From IMG/VR virus record IMGVR_UViG_3300014590_000001, positions 160,001 through 224,000 of that record: a DNA stretch of 64,000 nucleotides. One strand, written 5' to 3'. Below, in pieces: positions 29,784 through 38,451 of this stretch. Under the pieces are notes generated by a model. That model had not been told where the DNA came from. It saw only the letters and a list, made by a program, of their open reading frames with translations, and ran no database searches. Source of the stretch: a virus. Lineage: Duplodnaviria > Caudoviricetes. The position numbers and the translations under genes are program-made. Numbering within the stretch: the stretch's first letter is position 1; every line of letters begins with the position of its first letter.

Positions 29784-30541
29784 ACAATCGCCTCAGAGAT
29801 TGAAATGTAGTTACGCATAACATAACTGCGGAAACGTGAAGTCGGAATATACAGATGTTTTTTATTTACCTTTAATGTTCCTGCAACGCGAGTGATCATT
29901 TCATCGGAGAGAAATTTGCACAGGTCTTCTTCGATAACAATGTAATCGAGATCTTTCACGCGACCTTTGATAAAGTTCCCTTCAAGGAAGCAATCAAAGA
30001 ATTCACGATACGTAATATTCTGTACGAGATCGTCAACATTAGGCATATAGTTCAGGCCACGAGTGTTGCGGATATCGTTGGTGTGGAGATTGAACAACGC
30101 TTCCTTCAGGCAGTAGATAAGTTTCTCACTAAGTTGTGCGGAAGCGATGTAACGAATTTGAGTGCCGCTAGAATTGGTTGCATTCCAAACGGATTTAAAC
30201 ATTTGAGACAACGCACGGATAAATTTTTCTTTATCGAGCACGTCGAGGTTGTCAGAGAAAATAAACGTTGGGCGAACTAACGTGTTGCCTCGAATAACAT
30301 GATCGGTCTGGAAAATTCCAATCGGAACAATATCGGCAGGAGGATCGCGGCGCAGCGTACTGAAGATAGAACCCTTTGCAGCGTTCTCAGTTACGTCAAC
30401 GTAATACAAAAGATTTCCTTTAGCTTCTTCGAGAGAAAGGCCGAGATCGTCTTCTGATTTCGAACGGTGATAAGTACCGTGAACGATTCCATCAATCACG
30501 AACTGATCTTTGAACAATACAACTTCGATGAAGTTTTGCAT
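29780..30541 (-). CDS. hypothetical protein
   Basis: 253 aa, AGGAG RBS. Confidence 0.7.
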   Translation of the reverse strand: MQNFIEVVLFKDQFVIDGIVHGTYHRSKSEDDLGLSLEEAKGNLLYYVDVTENAAKGSIFSTLRRDPPADIVPIGIFQTDHVIRGNTLVRPTFIFSDNLDVLDKEKFIRALSQMFKSVWNATNSSGTQIRYIASAQLSEKLIYCLKEALFNLHTNDIRNTRGLNYMPNVDDLVQNITYREFFDCFLEGNFIKGRVKDLDYIVIEEDLCKFLSDEMITRVAGTLKVNKKHLYIPTSRFRSYVMRNYISISEAIV

Positions 30542-30578
30542 ACATAATCTCCTGTCCGGATAGGACTATCGAGAGTTT

Positions 30579-30605
30579 AAAAAAGAAGGGAACCGAAGTT
30601 CCCCC
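30579..30605 (-). terminator. intrinsic terminator
   Basis: rc GGGGGAAC-TTCG-GTTCCCTTC-TTTTTT. Confidence 0.75.
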
Positions 30606-30636
30606 GCCAAATGGCGCTACACACAGCACCTTAGTG

Positions 30637-31068
30637 CTATTCTTTATTTACAGTTTCCGGTGAGAAATCTTTTGAAAGCTGGCAAACAGAATCAAGCCAA
30701 CCATCAGGCGAAAGATGGAACACAGAAACGCTTAACGTGTACGGCGAAACTTCGCTGTCTTTATAAATCGGGCAACCTAACAATGAGCCGAGCAGCGGAG
30801 ATTTTATTTCAGTGTTTGGATCGATATATCCGTAGAACGTTCCTTGATTTTCAAAATCAACCGCCATGTTTTCAAACACAGTTGCTATTTCTTCGCCTAC
30901 GAAAATAACAAGGTGATCTTCTGAAACAGCTTGCGTCTGCGCGTCAATGACTAGTTTTGAAACTGCATTAAACGACAGTGGAACATCAGAACGTTCGGTA
31001 GCAGAAAAGATTTTAGTGCCAGCACGAACCTCTTCAGGTTTAAAGATTTTTTCCATTAGAAACTCCAA
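30637..31068 (-). CDS. hypothetical protein (weak resemblance to a major-capsid A-domain fragment)
   Basis: 143 aa; LVIFVGEEIA...LLGSLLGCPIYKD. Confidence 0.65.
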   Translation of the reverse strand: MEFLMEKIFKPEEVRAGTKIFSATERSDVPLSFNAVSKLVIDAQTQAVSEDHLVIFVGEEIATVFENMAVDFENQGTFYGYIDPNTEIKSPLLGSLLGCPIYKDSEVSPYTLSVSVFHLSPDGWLDSVCQLSKDFSPETVNKE

Positions 31069-31092
31069 GCGCCCCCGAAGGAGCGCTTTTTA

Positions 31093-32598
31093 TTAATCGT
31101 CGTCGCCACCATCATCGGAAGATGATTTGCCTTTTGCAATAATACTTGCGCGAAGCATTTCACGACCTTTAGGTGATACGATGAATTTGAAACACCACGC
31201 ACGTAAGCTGTTAGGCTTAACGTCCATCTTCTTGCAGATTTTCGTAATCTGTTCTTTGTTGCCATTGATCAGAGTACGGAATTCCTGCCAGTCGATTGCA
31301 ACTTTACTTGCGAGAGGACACGGCGCGACAAACTTAATGCGGTTACGAGTACCAGCGATCAGCCCGATAGTTTTCATGTAGTGCCATGTATCGAACACCG
31401 GATCGAAACCACGCGCTTCACCTTTACCGTCAGATTCCCACAGACGAACCCACGTTGTTTGGTTTGGAATGCCGCCCATTTTATTTTTGATTGTGCGAAT
31501 CGCAATAAAACGATAACGGTCAATGCCACCTTCATGAGTTACGCTGTCTTCACCAACGATTCCCGGCGCATCTTTCAGTACAGGCCAACCTTGCGGAACA
31601 GCACGGCTTGCCATACGTAGACGAACATCAGAATAAAACTTCAGTGCATCGCCGCACGGTTCGTATTCCGGAGATCCAAACATCGTCGCAGGTTTTTGAC
31701 GCAACTGGTTAATACCAATGATCGTCATCATCTTACGACGCATACCACCACGGAAACGTTTGATACCGTCAGAGAACATACGCGCTTGCAACGCCATTGC
31801 TTTTGAACCTTCGTCATCATCGACTTGATCCGGCATCATTGCAGGATACGAATCGACGAGCGTAAGACTTTGCATGTGTGCATCAGGCGCAGGAACTTTG
31901 AATTGGTTGTGAGCACTGAACCACTTCTTATCGAAATGGCTGCCGACCAGCTTTCTGTTTTCTTGCGTATTTTCGAAAACAAAGAATGCTTTGCCGTCCT
32001 TCTCAACAACTTTATCCGGAAGACGACGACGCAGACCAGACATGTAATCGAAGAATTTCTCTCCGTTGTCTGGTGCATAATAACGAATACGAGGACGAAT
32101 TAACCACTCGCCTGTTTCGTCATCTTTCACGCCGAAGATTTCTTGCGGATTAATTTTAACGCCGAGCGTTTTCAACTGGTTCGCTGCATACTGTTCATCA
32201 GCAGAACCTTCATAGTCAAAGTAGCTCGTAGTGCCACGGAAGTTTTGTTTGATCAATGCCGCCGCGATACACATCGCCAGCGTTGACTTACAACTTTGCT
32301 CGCCACCTGCAAACGTATACCAACCACCCGCAACGATACCGCCATCAAGGTACATATCGAGCGCGAGAATTCCGGTACTGATACGTTCAGCGTAACGCAT
32401 CATGTTTTGCGAACTGATTTTTGTTTTCTTCTCGACAACTTCGATCACGCTATCGAGATACGCATTCATATCAATGCCAAAAGCAAGCTGTTCGGTCACT
32501 GATTTCTTTGCGTTGGCAACGACGAGATCCCCACCCTCAACGGCTTTGGATTTCTTCTTTGCTTTAACAGGTTTTTCTTTCTCTTTGGTCTTAGCCAT
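31093..32598 (-). CDS. recA: RecA/UvsX-like recombinase
   Basis: ISTGILALD..L.GG, Walker A GGEQSCKST, FDYEGS, LVDS, ALQARMFS, INQLR, GDALKFYSDVRL. Confidence 0.93.
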   Translation of the reverse strand: MAKTKEKEKPVKAKKKSKAVEGGDLVVANAKKSVTEQLAFGIDMNAYLDSVIEVVEKKTKISSQNMMRYAERISTGILALDMYLDGGIVAGGWYTFAGGEQSCKSTLAMCIAAALIKQNFRGTTSYFDYEGSADEQYAANQLKTLGVKINPQEIFGVKDDETGEWLIRPRIRYYAPDNGEKFFDYMSGLRRRLPDKVVEKDGKAFFVFENTQENRKLVGSHFDKKWFSAHNQFKVPAPDAHMQSLTLVDSYPAMMPDQVDDDEGSKAMALQARMFSDGIKRFRGGMRRKMMTIIGINQLRQKPATMFGSPEYEPCGDALKFYSDVRLRMASRAVPQGWPVLKDAPGIVGEDSVTHEGGIDRYRFIAIRTIKNKMGGIPNQTTWVRLWESDGKGEARGFDPVFDTWHYMKTIGLIAGTRNRIKFVAPCPLASKVAIDWQEFRTLINGNKEQITKICKKMDVKPNSLRAWCFKFIVSPKGREMLRASIIAKGKSSSDDGGDDD

Positions 32599-32648
32599 TA
32601 CTGATTCCTGAAAAGAAAGGGCGACTCAATGCCGCCCTGTAGATTTAC

Positions 32649-33866
32649 TTACTTTTTCTTTTTCTTTTTCTTGTCGTCAGAAGAAGATTTCTTTTTCTTC
32701 TTAGGCTTTTCATCTTCGTCGTCATCATCGTCATCAGACTTTTTAGATTTCTTCGAGGACTTCTTAGACTTCTTATCGTCAGAAGATTTTTTCTTTTTCT
32801 TCTTCGGTTTTTCGTCTTCGTCATCGTCGTCATCTTCATCGTCGTCATCTTCATCGTCGTCTAACAGCTTACGCGACTTCGATTTCTTCGAAGATTTTTT
32901 AGACTTACGATCATCTTCATCGTCGTCTTCGTCATCATCTTCGTCTTCATCGTCATCCAGTGTGCGACGTTTCTTACCGCCTTTGTCTTTCTTACCGGAT
33001 TTCTTTTTCTTGCCGAGCGACATGGAATCATCGTCATCGTCGTCTTCGTCATCGTCACCATCTTCGATAACGCTACCGCCGATAATATCCATGCGTTTGA
33101 ATTCAGTGAGAGCCGCTTTCTCGTCCAGACGACCGAGCGCGTTATAAATTTCTTCCCACTTGTCGAAATCCCACGTCAGATATTCTGATTCTTCTTCAGT
33201 AATCGGACGATGCTTGCCGCGCTCAACAGTGTATTTGTTCGCTGCCGCAGCTTTCGCGTCGTACTTGATCTCAACGTCGCAGCCGTATTTCGGATCGTTA
33301 ATCGGGAATGCTTTTTCAACTTTCTTACCGGTTTTCTTATCCTTCACTTTATGGAAGTTACGTTCACCGAGTTGCTTGATCTTGTTCGCGAGGCTGTTCG
33401 TAATCGGAACGACAACAACCGGAGTCCACGAATCAGAATCTTTATCTTTCTTACCGGTTTTTTGTTCCTGCTTAGAGTGCTTAGGAAGTTTACGCGGTTT
33501 CGATTCTTGCTCGTCGCGAGAGATCGCCTGAACGAACCATTTGAAATCGTACTGCGCTGGCGCACCAGATTTATCGTCGCCGTGTTCCAGAGCGCACCAC
33601 GGACACTTCATACCACGCAGCGGATCTTTGCTGTCCGGATCGAAGCTGACGCACATCATCGGAATTTTGACCAGCTTATCTTTTTCTTTGCCAGCCATAA
33701 TGCGAACCCAATGCTTCTTGATAGGCAAGAAGTCGAGCGATAAAATGCGAAGCGTTGTCCACTGTCCTGCCGCTTTCTTCGCGAGCGGGTAGATTTCCCA
33801 CAGATCGCTTTCACGTAAATTGTCGCGACTGGAGTTATCAGAAACGGCATCAAAACCACGGGCCAT
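32649..33866 (-). CDS. putative single-stranded DNA-binding protein (gp32-like) with a long D/E-K block tail
   Basis: LRIL..KHW..CVS..CPWC core, DPKYGCDVEIKY; adjacent to recA; low-complexity charged tail. Confidence 0.65.
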   Translation of the reverse strand: MARGFDAVSDNSSRDNLRESDLWEIYPLAKKAAGQWTTLRILSLDFLPIKKHWVRIMAGKEKDKLVKIPMMCVSFDPDSKDPLRGMKCPWCALEHGDDKSGAPAQYDFKWFVQAISRDEQESKPRKLPKHSKQEQKTGKKDKDSDSWTPVVVVPITNSLANKIKQLGERNFHKVKDKKTGKKVEKAFPINDPKYGCDVEIKYDAKAAAANKYTVERGKHRPITEEESEYLTWDFDKWEEIYNALGRLDEKAALTEFKRMDIIGGSVIEDGDDDEDDDDDDSMSLGKKKKSGKKDKGGKKRRTLDDDEDEDDDEDDDEDDRKSKKSSKKSKSRKLLDDDEDDDDEDDDDDEDEKPKKKKKKSSDDKKSKKSSKKSKKSDDDDDDEDEKPKKKKKSSSDDKKKKKKK

Positions 33867-33893
33867 GTTAAATCCTCAATATTGAGTTGAATC

Positions 33894-33916
33894 GGTATAC
33901 TTGATGTTTACAGATT
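33894..33916 (-). promoter_or_regulatory. putative phage promoter (rc AATCTGTAAACATCAAGTATACC)
   Basis: TCTGTAAA...ATACC motif upstream of the SSB/recA genes. Confidence 0.6.
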
Positions 33917-33926
33917 CGTGTTAGTT

Positions 33927-34973
33927 TTACGACAAGTCTTGTCGGCGCATGTAGGCTTTCATGAAATCCAATTCTTCCTTTTCGAACGCTTCCCGAATAT
34001 CCATAGTCAGGCGAGCAATTCCGAATGGATCAACACGTTTCACCAACAGGCCAAGTTTCTCTGCCTGTCTCGTTCCATTGACTGAATCTTCAAGGTTTTC
34101 GCTGCCCATTTTATTGTGAAGGGATGCGTCCATCCCCTCGTCAGAAGTTTCATTCGTTGGAGTATCAAGACTGACAGAAAAATTCACGGATGTAGTGTCT
34201 TCTTTCGTCGCCAAACGTTTCTTCTGCGTTTGCGGAATAGTGTATGCGATACCATATTCGTGATCGCTACTGCTACACGTTTGAGCGTTGAGAATCCACC
34301 ACTTAACATAACTAACGATTGCGCCTTTCGCACTATCGTATTTATTTATTGCGATTAAAACGTTGCGCAGGAAATTCTGGTTAACATCCTTGCTGTCAAA
34401 TTGTTTTCCTTTGTTCGTGTCGATATAGAACTTCGCATGTTTCTGACACAGGCGATAGAAATCTGATACGACTGAATGGAAGTAGTCTTTGAATAAAGGC
34501 AACATATCATTCAAACGAACAAGCGCTACGAAAAGTTTGGAACGAGATTCTGCGCCAGTAGCACGAACAATCGCGTCCAAACGCTTCGCATAAATTTCGC
34601 GCTTATCGCTGTCCGTCGTTGAAATAAACATACGGTACAGATCAACGTAAGTGCGATAATATTTGTTCAGAACATTTTCTAAAAAGATGTAGATGAAGTT
34701 TCGCTCCATCTTAACTTCCACCAAATACTGCATTCGCATTTCACGCGGAGTTGTCAAAGTTTTAATAACCAGACTAATGGCACGTTCGCGAGTTTCAGCA
34801 TTGTAGGGCTTTCGTTTTTTGTTGGAAGTAATCAGACTAAGGAGGTAGATCAACTGAACGTCAAACAAGTCTGTATTCTCTACAATCTCGCGCAACGAAT
34901 CATAAAGCAGCGTATCTAAAACGTCCTCAGTCTGACCGCCCGTAAGATTGGACTTGTCAGACATGTTTCGCAC
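33927..34973 (-). CDS. phage-encoded sigma70-family RNA polymerase sigma factor
   Basis: Region 2-like DVNQNFLRNVLIAINKYDSAKGAIVSYVKWWI; region 3.2-like VSLDTP. Confidence 0.75.
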   Translation of the reverse strand: MRNMSDKSNLTGGQTEDVLDTLLYDSLREIVENTDLFDVQLIYLLSLITSNKKRKPYNAETRERAISLVIKTLTTPREMRMQYLVEVKMERNFIYIFLENVLNKYYRTYVDLYRMFISTTDSDKREIYAKRLDAIVRATGAESRSKLFVALVRLNDMLPLFKDYFHSVVSDFYRLCQKHAKFYIDTNKGKQFDSKDVNQNFLRNVLIAINKYDSAKGAIVSYVKWWILNAQTCSSSDHEYGIAYTIPQTQKKRLATKEDTTSVNFSVSLDTPTNETSDEGMDASLHNKMGSENLEDSVNGTRQAEKLGLLVKRVDPFGIARLTMDIREAFEKEELDFMKAYMRRQDLS

Positions 34974-34997
34974 CCACGAATAATTAACTTATCCACT

Positions 34998-35008
34998 ATT
35001 TACAGATT
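34998..35008 (-). promoter_or_regulatory. putative phage promoter core (rc AATCTGTAAAT) upstream of the sigma gene
   Basis: Same core motif. Confidence 0.5.
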
Positions 35009-35284
35009 TCGATTTGTTTCTCGATCAGTGTGAGCAAGTTGTTCTTCTAAAGTTTCAAACTTCTCAGGCTTGAACTTTCCGAGGTCGGAAGGAGGCGGAG
35101 GATTGTCCTGTTCACGCTTTTCTTTCTTCAGCGCTTCCTTTTCCTCTTCCTTCTTCTTCACTTCATCTTCAGGCATATCGCCATACTCACGAAGTTTTCT
35201 GCGTTCTTCGAAACGATCTTGTGCGCGTTTTGCGTTGCCTGAAAGTTCCGGAGTTTCGCCAGTGAGATCAATTTCGACTTTCAT
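35000..35284 (-). CDS. small charged protein with MKVEIDLT leader
   Basis: 94 aa. Confidence 0.65.
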   Translation of the reverse strand: MKVEIDLTGETPELSGNAKRAQDRFEERRKLREYGDMPEDEVKKKEEEKEALKKEKREQDNPPPPSDLGKFKPEKFETLEEQLAHTDRETNRNL

Positions 35285-35717
35285 CGATCATTTCCCGTGA
35301 TTCGTTATGCAGAACAATTGACAGAGGCGGGGCAATCGGAGACATAACGATGTTATGCAAACACTCCAGTTCCGCTTCAGTCGCGTTGTGCGCGATAGTG
35401 ATGTGAGGACGATACGGAATAAAATCAAACGACACGTCCGGATTTGCGTGGATACGCGCGTGTTCATTTTGCAGGTCTTCAGATTCCAACAGCAGAACCA
35501 GAATGTTTGAATCAGCGCCGAACAATTCCACACCGGAGATCGTTGCGCGGAAATCCGCGTTGCTCAACGGAATATCGTTTTCCGGATTGGTTTTATCGTA
35601 AGCCAGTGTTACGTGCAGATCATCCATTTCTTCCGGAGAAGCAACGGCGCTACAGATAGCGTGAATGATTTCGGTAGAACGAGCAGAGGGAACAACTTTC
35701 CAGTAACCTTGATTCAT
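35268..35717 (-). CDS. 2H phosphoesterase, T4 gp57B/Acb1-like
   Basis: Two HxT motifs: LHVTLAY and YRPHITIA; 149 aa. Confidence 0.8.
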   Translation of the reverse strand: MNQGYWKVVPSARSTEIIHAICSAVASPEEMDDLHVTLAYDKTNPENDIPLSNADFRATISGVELFGADSNILVLLLESEDLQNEHARIHANPDVSFDFIPYRPHITIAHNATEAELECLHNIVMSPIAPPLSIVLHNESREMIDESRN

Positions 35718-36268
35718 TTTGTTTTACCCACAGGAGGATGGAATTGACCGAACACAATTTCAGTACCGCATTTGAGACAAGACGACTTCCCTTCTGCGGT
35801 CATGTATTCAGGATGTAGGGTACACGGATAATCTGCATCAGCGTGTACGCGGAAAACAACAGCCACTAACTTTTCTTCTTTATAAAACTTGAATGGCCTT
35901 ACATGGAAGCCATTTTTATTTACTACACCATGCACGAAATTAAAAATTTCAGTACACTGGCTTTCAAACATTTCGAAATCATCCTGTTCCGGACGCATGT
36001 TAAACACAATATCCAGAACAGGTTTCGCTTCGACCGGATCGTTGCGATGGAAATAATGAAACGTTTTGTGATCAGGAGTAAGCACCGTGGGAACCGCGTG
36101 GCTGTCTCTGGCTACGAAATTAAACCAACGTGCAGAGCGTTGCTCGCGTAATGCCAGATGCTTAACTAATGAAACAAAACTTATTGCATTAAGACGATCA
36201 ATCATCGGATTAGTCATTTGTGTTCTCAACAGTGCCGCAATTACACGGCTGTTCAACCGTATCAGCAA
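35714..36268 (-). CDS. hypothetical protein (start probably about 36217)
   Basis: C-terminal C..H...CLKCG zinc site. Confidence 0.6.
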   Translation of the reverse strand: MLIRLNSRVIAALLRTQMTNPMIDRLNAISFVSLVKHLALREQRSARWFNFVARDSHAVPTVLTPDHKTFHYFHRNDPVEAKPVLDIVFNMRPEQDDFEMFESQCTEIFNFVHGVVNKNGFHVRPFKFYKEEKLVAVVFRVHADADYPCTLHPEYMTAEGKSSCLKCGTEIVFGQFHPPVGKTK

Positions 36269-36437
36269 ACGCTGAAGGTTCAGAAACTTTTCCGCATTTC
36301 ACACAAGTGCGCACCCAACCATGAGCAGTAAGTTTCGCTGCGCTCATTGTGTTTGAAATCGGAGTCGGATCGGGAAGGGAAACCGTTTCACGCATAACCA
36401 ATCGCCGTCTACGGTTCCCGCATGTTGCACATGCCAT
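36210..36437 (-). CDS. small Cys-rich zinc-binding protein
   Basis: CATCG, CVKCG, CNCG; AGGAG RBS. Confidence 0.65.
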   Translation of the reverse strand: MACATCGNRRRRLVMRETVSLPDPTPISNTMSAAKLTAHGWVRTCVKCGKVSEPSAFADTVEQPCNCGTVENTND

Positions 36438-36446
36438 TCAATTCTC

Positions 36447-36731
36447 CTACGCTATGCCGACAGGAAAATTCGGTAGCTCCCATTCAGTTTGCAAGAAAGT
36501 CACACAAGGCCGCGAGCAAATACTGAAAGAAACTTTAGGGAAGCTATTTCTTTCTTGAACGATCTCAAAACCCAAAAGATACAGATCTTTGTGTTTTTCA
36601 ATGTCATGGCAGAAAGGAGTGAGAAGTTCAATCGCTTCATTATCAATACGCACTGACGAATAAAACGGTTCGTTCTTCGCAATCAACTTCGCCCATGCCG
36701 CATACAATGCGTTGACATGATCGATGGACAT
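36447..36731 (-). CDS. hypothetical protein
   Basis: Start reassigned to MSIDHV (GAGG RBS). Confidence 0.6.
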   Translation of the reverse strand: MSIDHVNALYAAWAKLIAKNEPFYSSVRIDNEAIELLTPFCHDIEKHKDLYLLGFEIVQERNSFPKVSFSICSRPCVTFLQTEWELPNFPVGIA

Positions 36732-36738
36732 AAATACC

Positions 36739-36900
36739 TCAGAACAGTGAAACTGATTTCGGCTTTTTGGTTGTGGCGCGACGAACTTCACCGCTCCGAC
36801 GACCGCGTGGTTTTGTTTGGAACACTTCACGCACAACATCTTTCAGTTGTGCTTTTTCTTCCGTGTTTAAATCAAAAGAAGGAGAAACTGCGAAACGCAT
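36739..36900 (-). CDS. basic microprotein (53 aa), absent from the ORF track
   Basis: MRFAVSPSFDLNTEEKAQLKDVVREVF...; fills the gap exactly. Confidence 0.5.
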   Translation of the reverse strand: MRFAVSPSFDLNTEEKAQLKDVVREVFQTKPRGRRSGEVRRATTKKPKSVSLF

Positions 36901-36902
36901 TT

Positions 36903-37562
36903 TTAATCACCGTTGTTTTTAATCTTCACGGCAAGAGCTACAGCATGTTTACACAGCGCAGGAATATGCGCAGGGTTAGTGTAATCAGGCGGCTCGCCAT
37001 TACCGTAAATAATTCGACCAGCGCCGTGTTCAGCATTAGCGTACTCCCACATAAAGACGTAGTTAGCACACGGACAACTTACCATGACACGTTTTTGTTT
37101 TGAGATAGGTTTATTAGGATCATCCAGACCCACAAACATAACATCGTAATCACGAACTTCTTTGGAAGGACGCAACGGATCTTTGTGGCGAACTTTTGCC
37201 ATAACGACCGGAAGCGCTTTTCCTGTTTTAGTTTTCTTGTAGCCGCGAACATAGCATTCAGTGCCGTTCTCTCGCATAAGACGCGGAGTGTTTTTTATCA
37301 GCGTTGCTAAGTTCACGCCCTTATCCATTTTCGGAGTGCGTGGCGGTTGAGGAACTTTCTTCGGCACAAACGGAGTTGCAGTTGCAATTCGTTTTTCACC
37401 GCTCGTCATACGGCGCGATTTGTCTTTCGACGCGCTAATAGTTTTAACGCCTTTGCCGTAGTTTCCTTTTTGAATTTGTTTTATTCCTTTCTGCCGCTGT
37501 TCGGCCTGTTTAGCAGCAGGACTCTTTTTGGTTGGCTTGGCGAGTGATTTATACTTAGCCAT
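36903..37562 (-). CDS. basic SWIM zinc-finger protein
   Basis: VSCPCANY...LCKHAVAL (CxC-xn-CxH). Confidence 0.75.
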   Translation of the reverse strand: MAKYKSLAKPTKKSPAAKQAEQRQKGIKQIQKGNYGKGVKTISASKDKSRRMTSGEKRIATATPFVPKKVPQPPRTPKMDKGVNLATLIKNTPRLMRENGTECYVRGYKKTKTGKALPVVMAKVRHKDPLRPSKEVRDYDVMFVGLDDPNKPISKQKRVMVSCPCANYVFMWEYANAEHGAGRIIYGNGEPPDYTNPAHIPALCKHAVALAVKIKNNGD

Positions 37563-37996
37563 TCGAAGATGATCTCCTTCGGTGCATAGAATTTAATTCG
37601 ATGTTTATCGGAAAGAAATTCTAACGAGGCGCAAGACGCAGGATGGTTAACACGCACGTAATTAAAAATGCTATCGCCTGATTCAAAGTTACGACGAGAA
37701 GCATTGCCAATCAATGTGCTGTTAAATCCGCTATCAAGAATGATTGGAATGAGATCGTGATAAAGAGCAATCGCCTCAACGGTTTTAATTAACCATGCTG
37801 TATTAATGAGAGCGCCAGTTTCTTTTCTGAAGCGCTCCTGATCGCAAGGTTTCCCATAGAACCAAATATTCTCTACCACAAGAAAGTTATTTTTGCGCGT
37901 GATCTTAACACTGGAAATGCGCGGATACACACAAGCAGTTTTAAGAAGAGTATCAAGCGCAATCAAACTTTCAATCAGGCTATCATGATCGCCCAT
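37481..37996 (-). CDS. hypothetical protein
   Basis: Start reassigned to MGDHDSL, downstream of the 38019 stop. Confidence 0.5.
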   Translation of the reverse strand: MGDHDSLIESLIALDTLLKTACVYPRISSVKITRKNNFLVVENIWFYGKPCDQERFRKETGALINTAWLIKTVEAIALYHDLIPIILDSGFNSTLIGNASRRNFESGDSIFNYVRVNHPASCASLEFLSDKHRIKFYAPKEIIFEWLSINHSPSQPKRVLLLNRPNSGRKE

Positions 37997-38018
37997 TCCA
38001 TTTTCGAACGGAGAAAGA

Positions 38019-38444
38019 TTATTCTTCTTCGTCCTCAGAATCTTCTCCAGCGTCATCAGACTCTTCATCCGAGTCTCCGCTTTCGTCATCTTCTTCGTCT
38101 GAATCCGCAGACTTATCTTTTCCTTTGCCCTTTCCACCGGAATTGGTGTCATCGTCAGCTCCAAAGCCATCTGAATCATCATCGCCAAAGCCCTCGTCGT
38201 CAGAGTCTTCTTTCGATTCTTCTGCGCCGTCAGCGTCAGCGCCTTTCTTACTTTTTACAGATTTCTTCGGAGTGATCTTTTCTTCAACTTTCTGCTTCGA
38301 TTTTTCTTCTTCGTGCTGGCGTAAACGTTTCTCCAGATTCGAATATTCAGAAAGATCGGTGCGCGTTGTGCTGGATTCAGGAGAGTCTAAACTAGACTTT
38401 CGTTTGTCGGCAGTGGTTGCGCTAAGTGCGATTAAAATTTCCAT
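38019..38444 (-). CDS. acidic low-complexity protein with MEILIALS leader
   Basis: 141 aa, GAGG RBS. Confidence 0.75.
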   Translation of the reverse strand: MEILIALSATTADKRKSSLDSPESSTTRTDLSEYSNLEKRLRQHEEEKSKQKVEEKITPKKSVKSKKGADADGAEESKEDSDDEGFGDDDSDGFGADDDTNSGGKGKGKDKSADSDEEDDESGDSDEESDDAGEDSEDEEE

Positions 38445-38451
38445 GCTTACC

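Noticed and set aside
32629-33147. Ser/Phe-rich plus-strand ORF and apparent trinucleotide repeats
   Set aside because: Antisense shadow of the D/E/K-rich SSB tail
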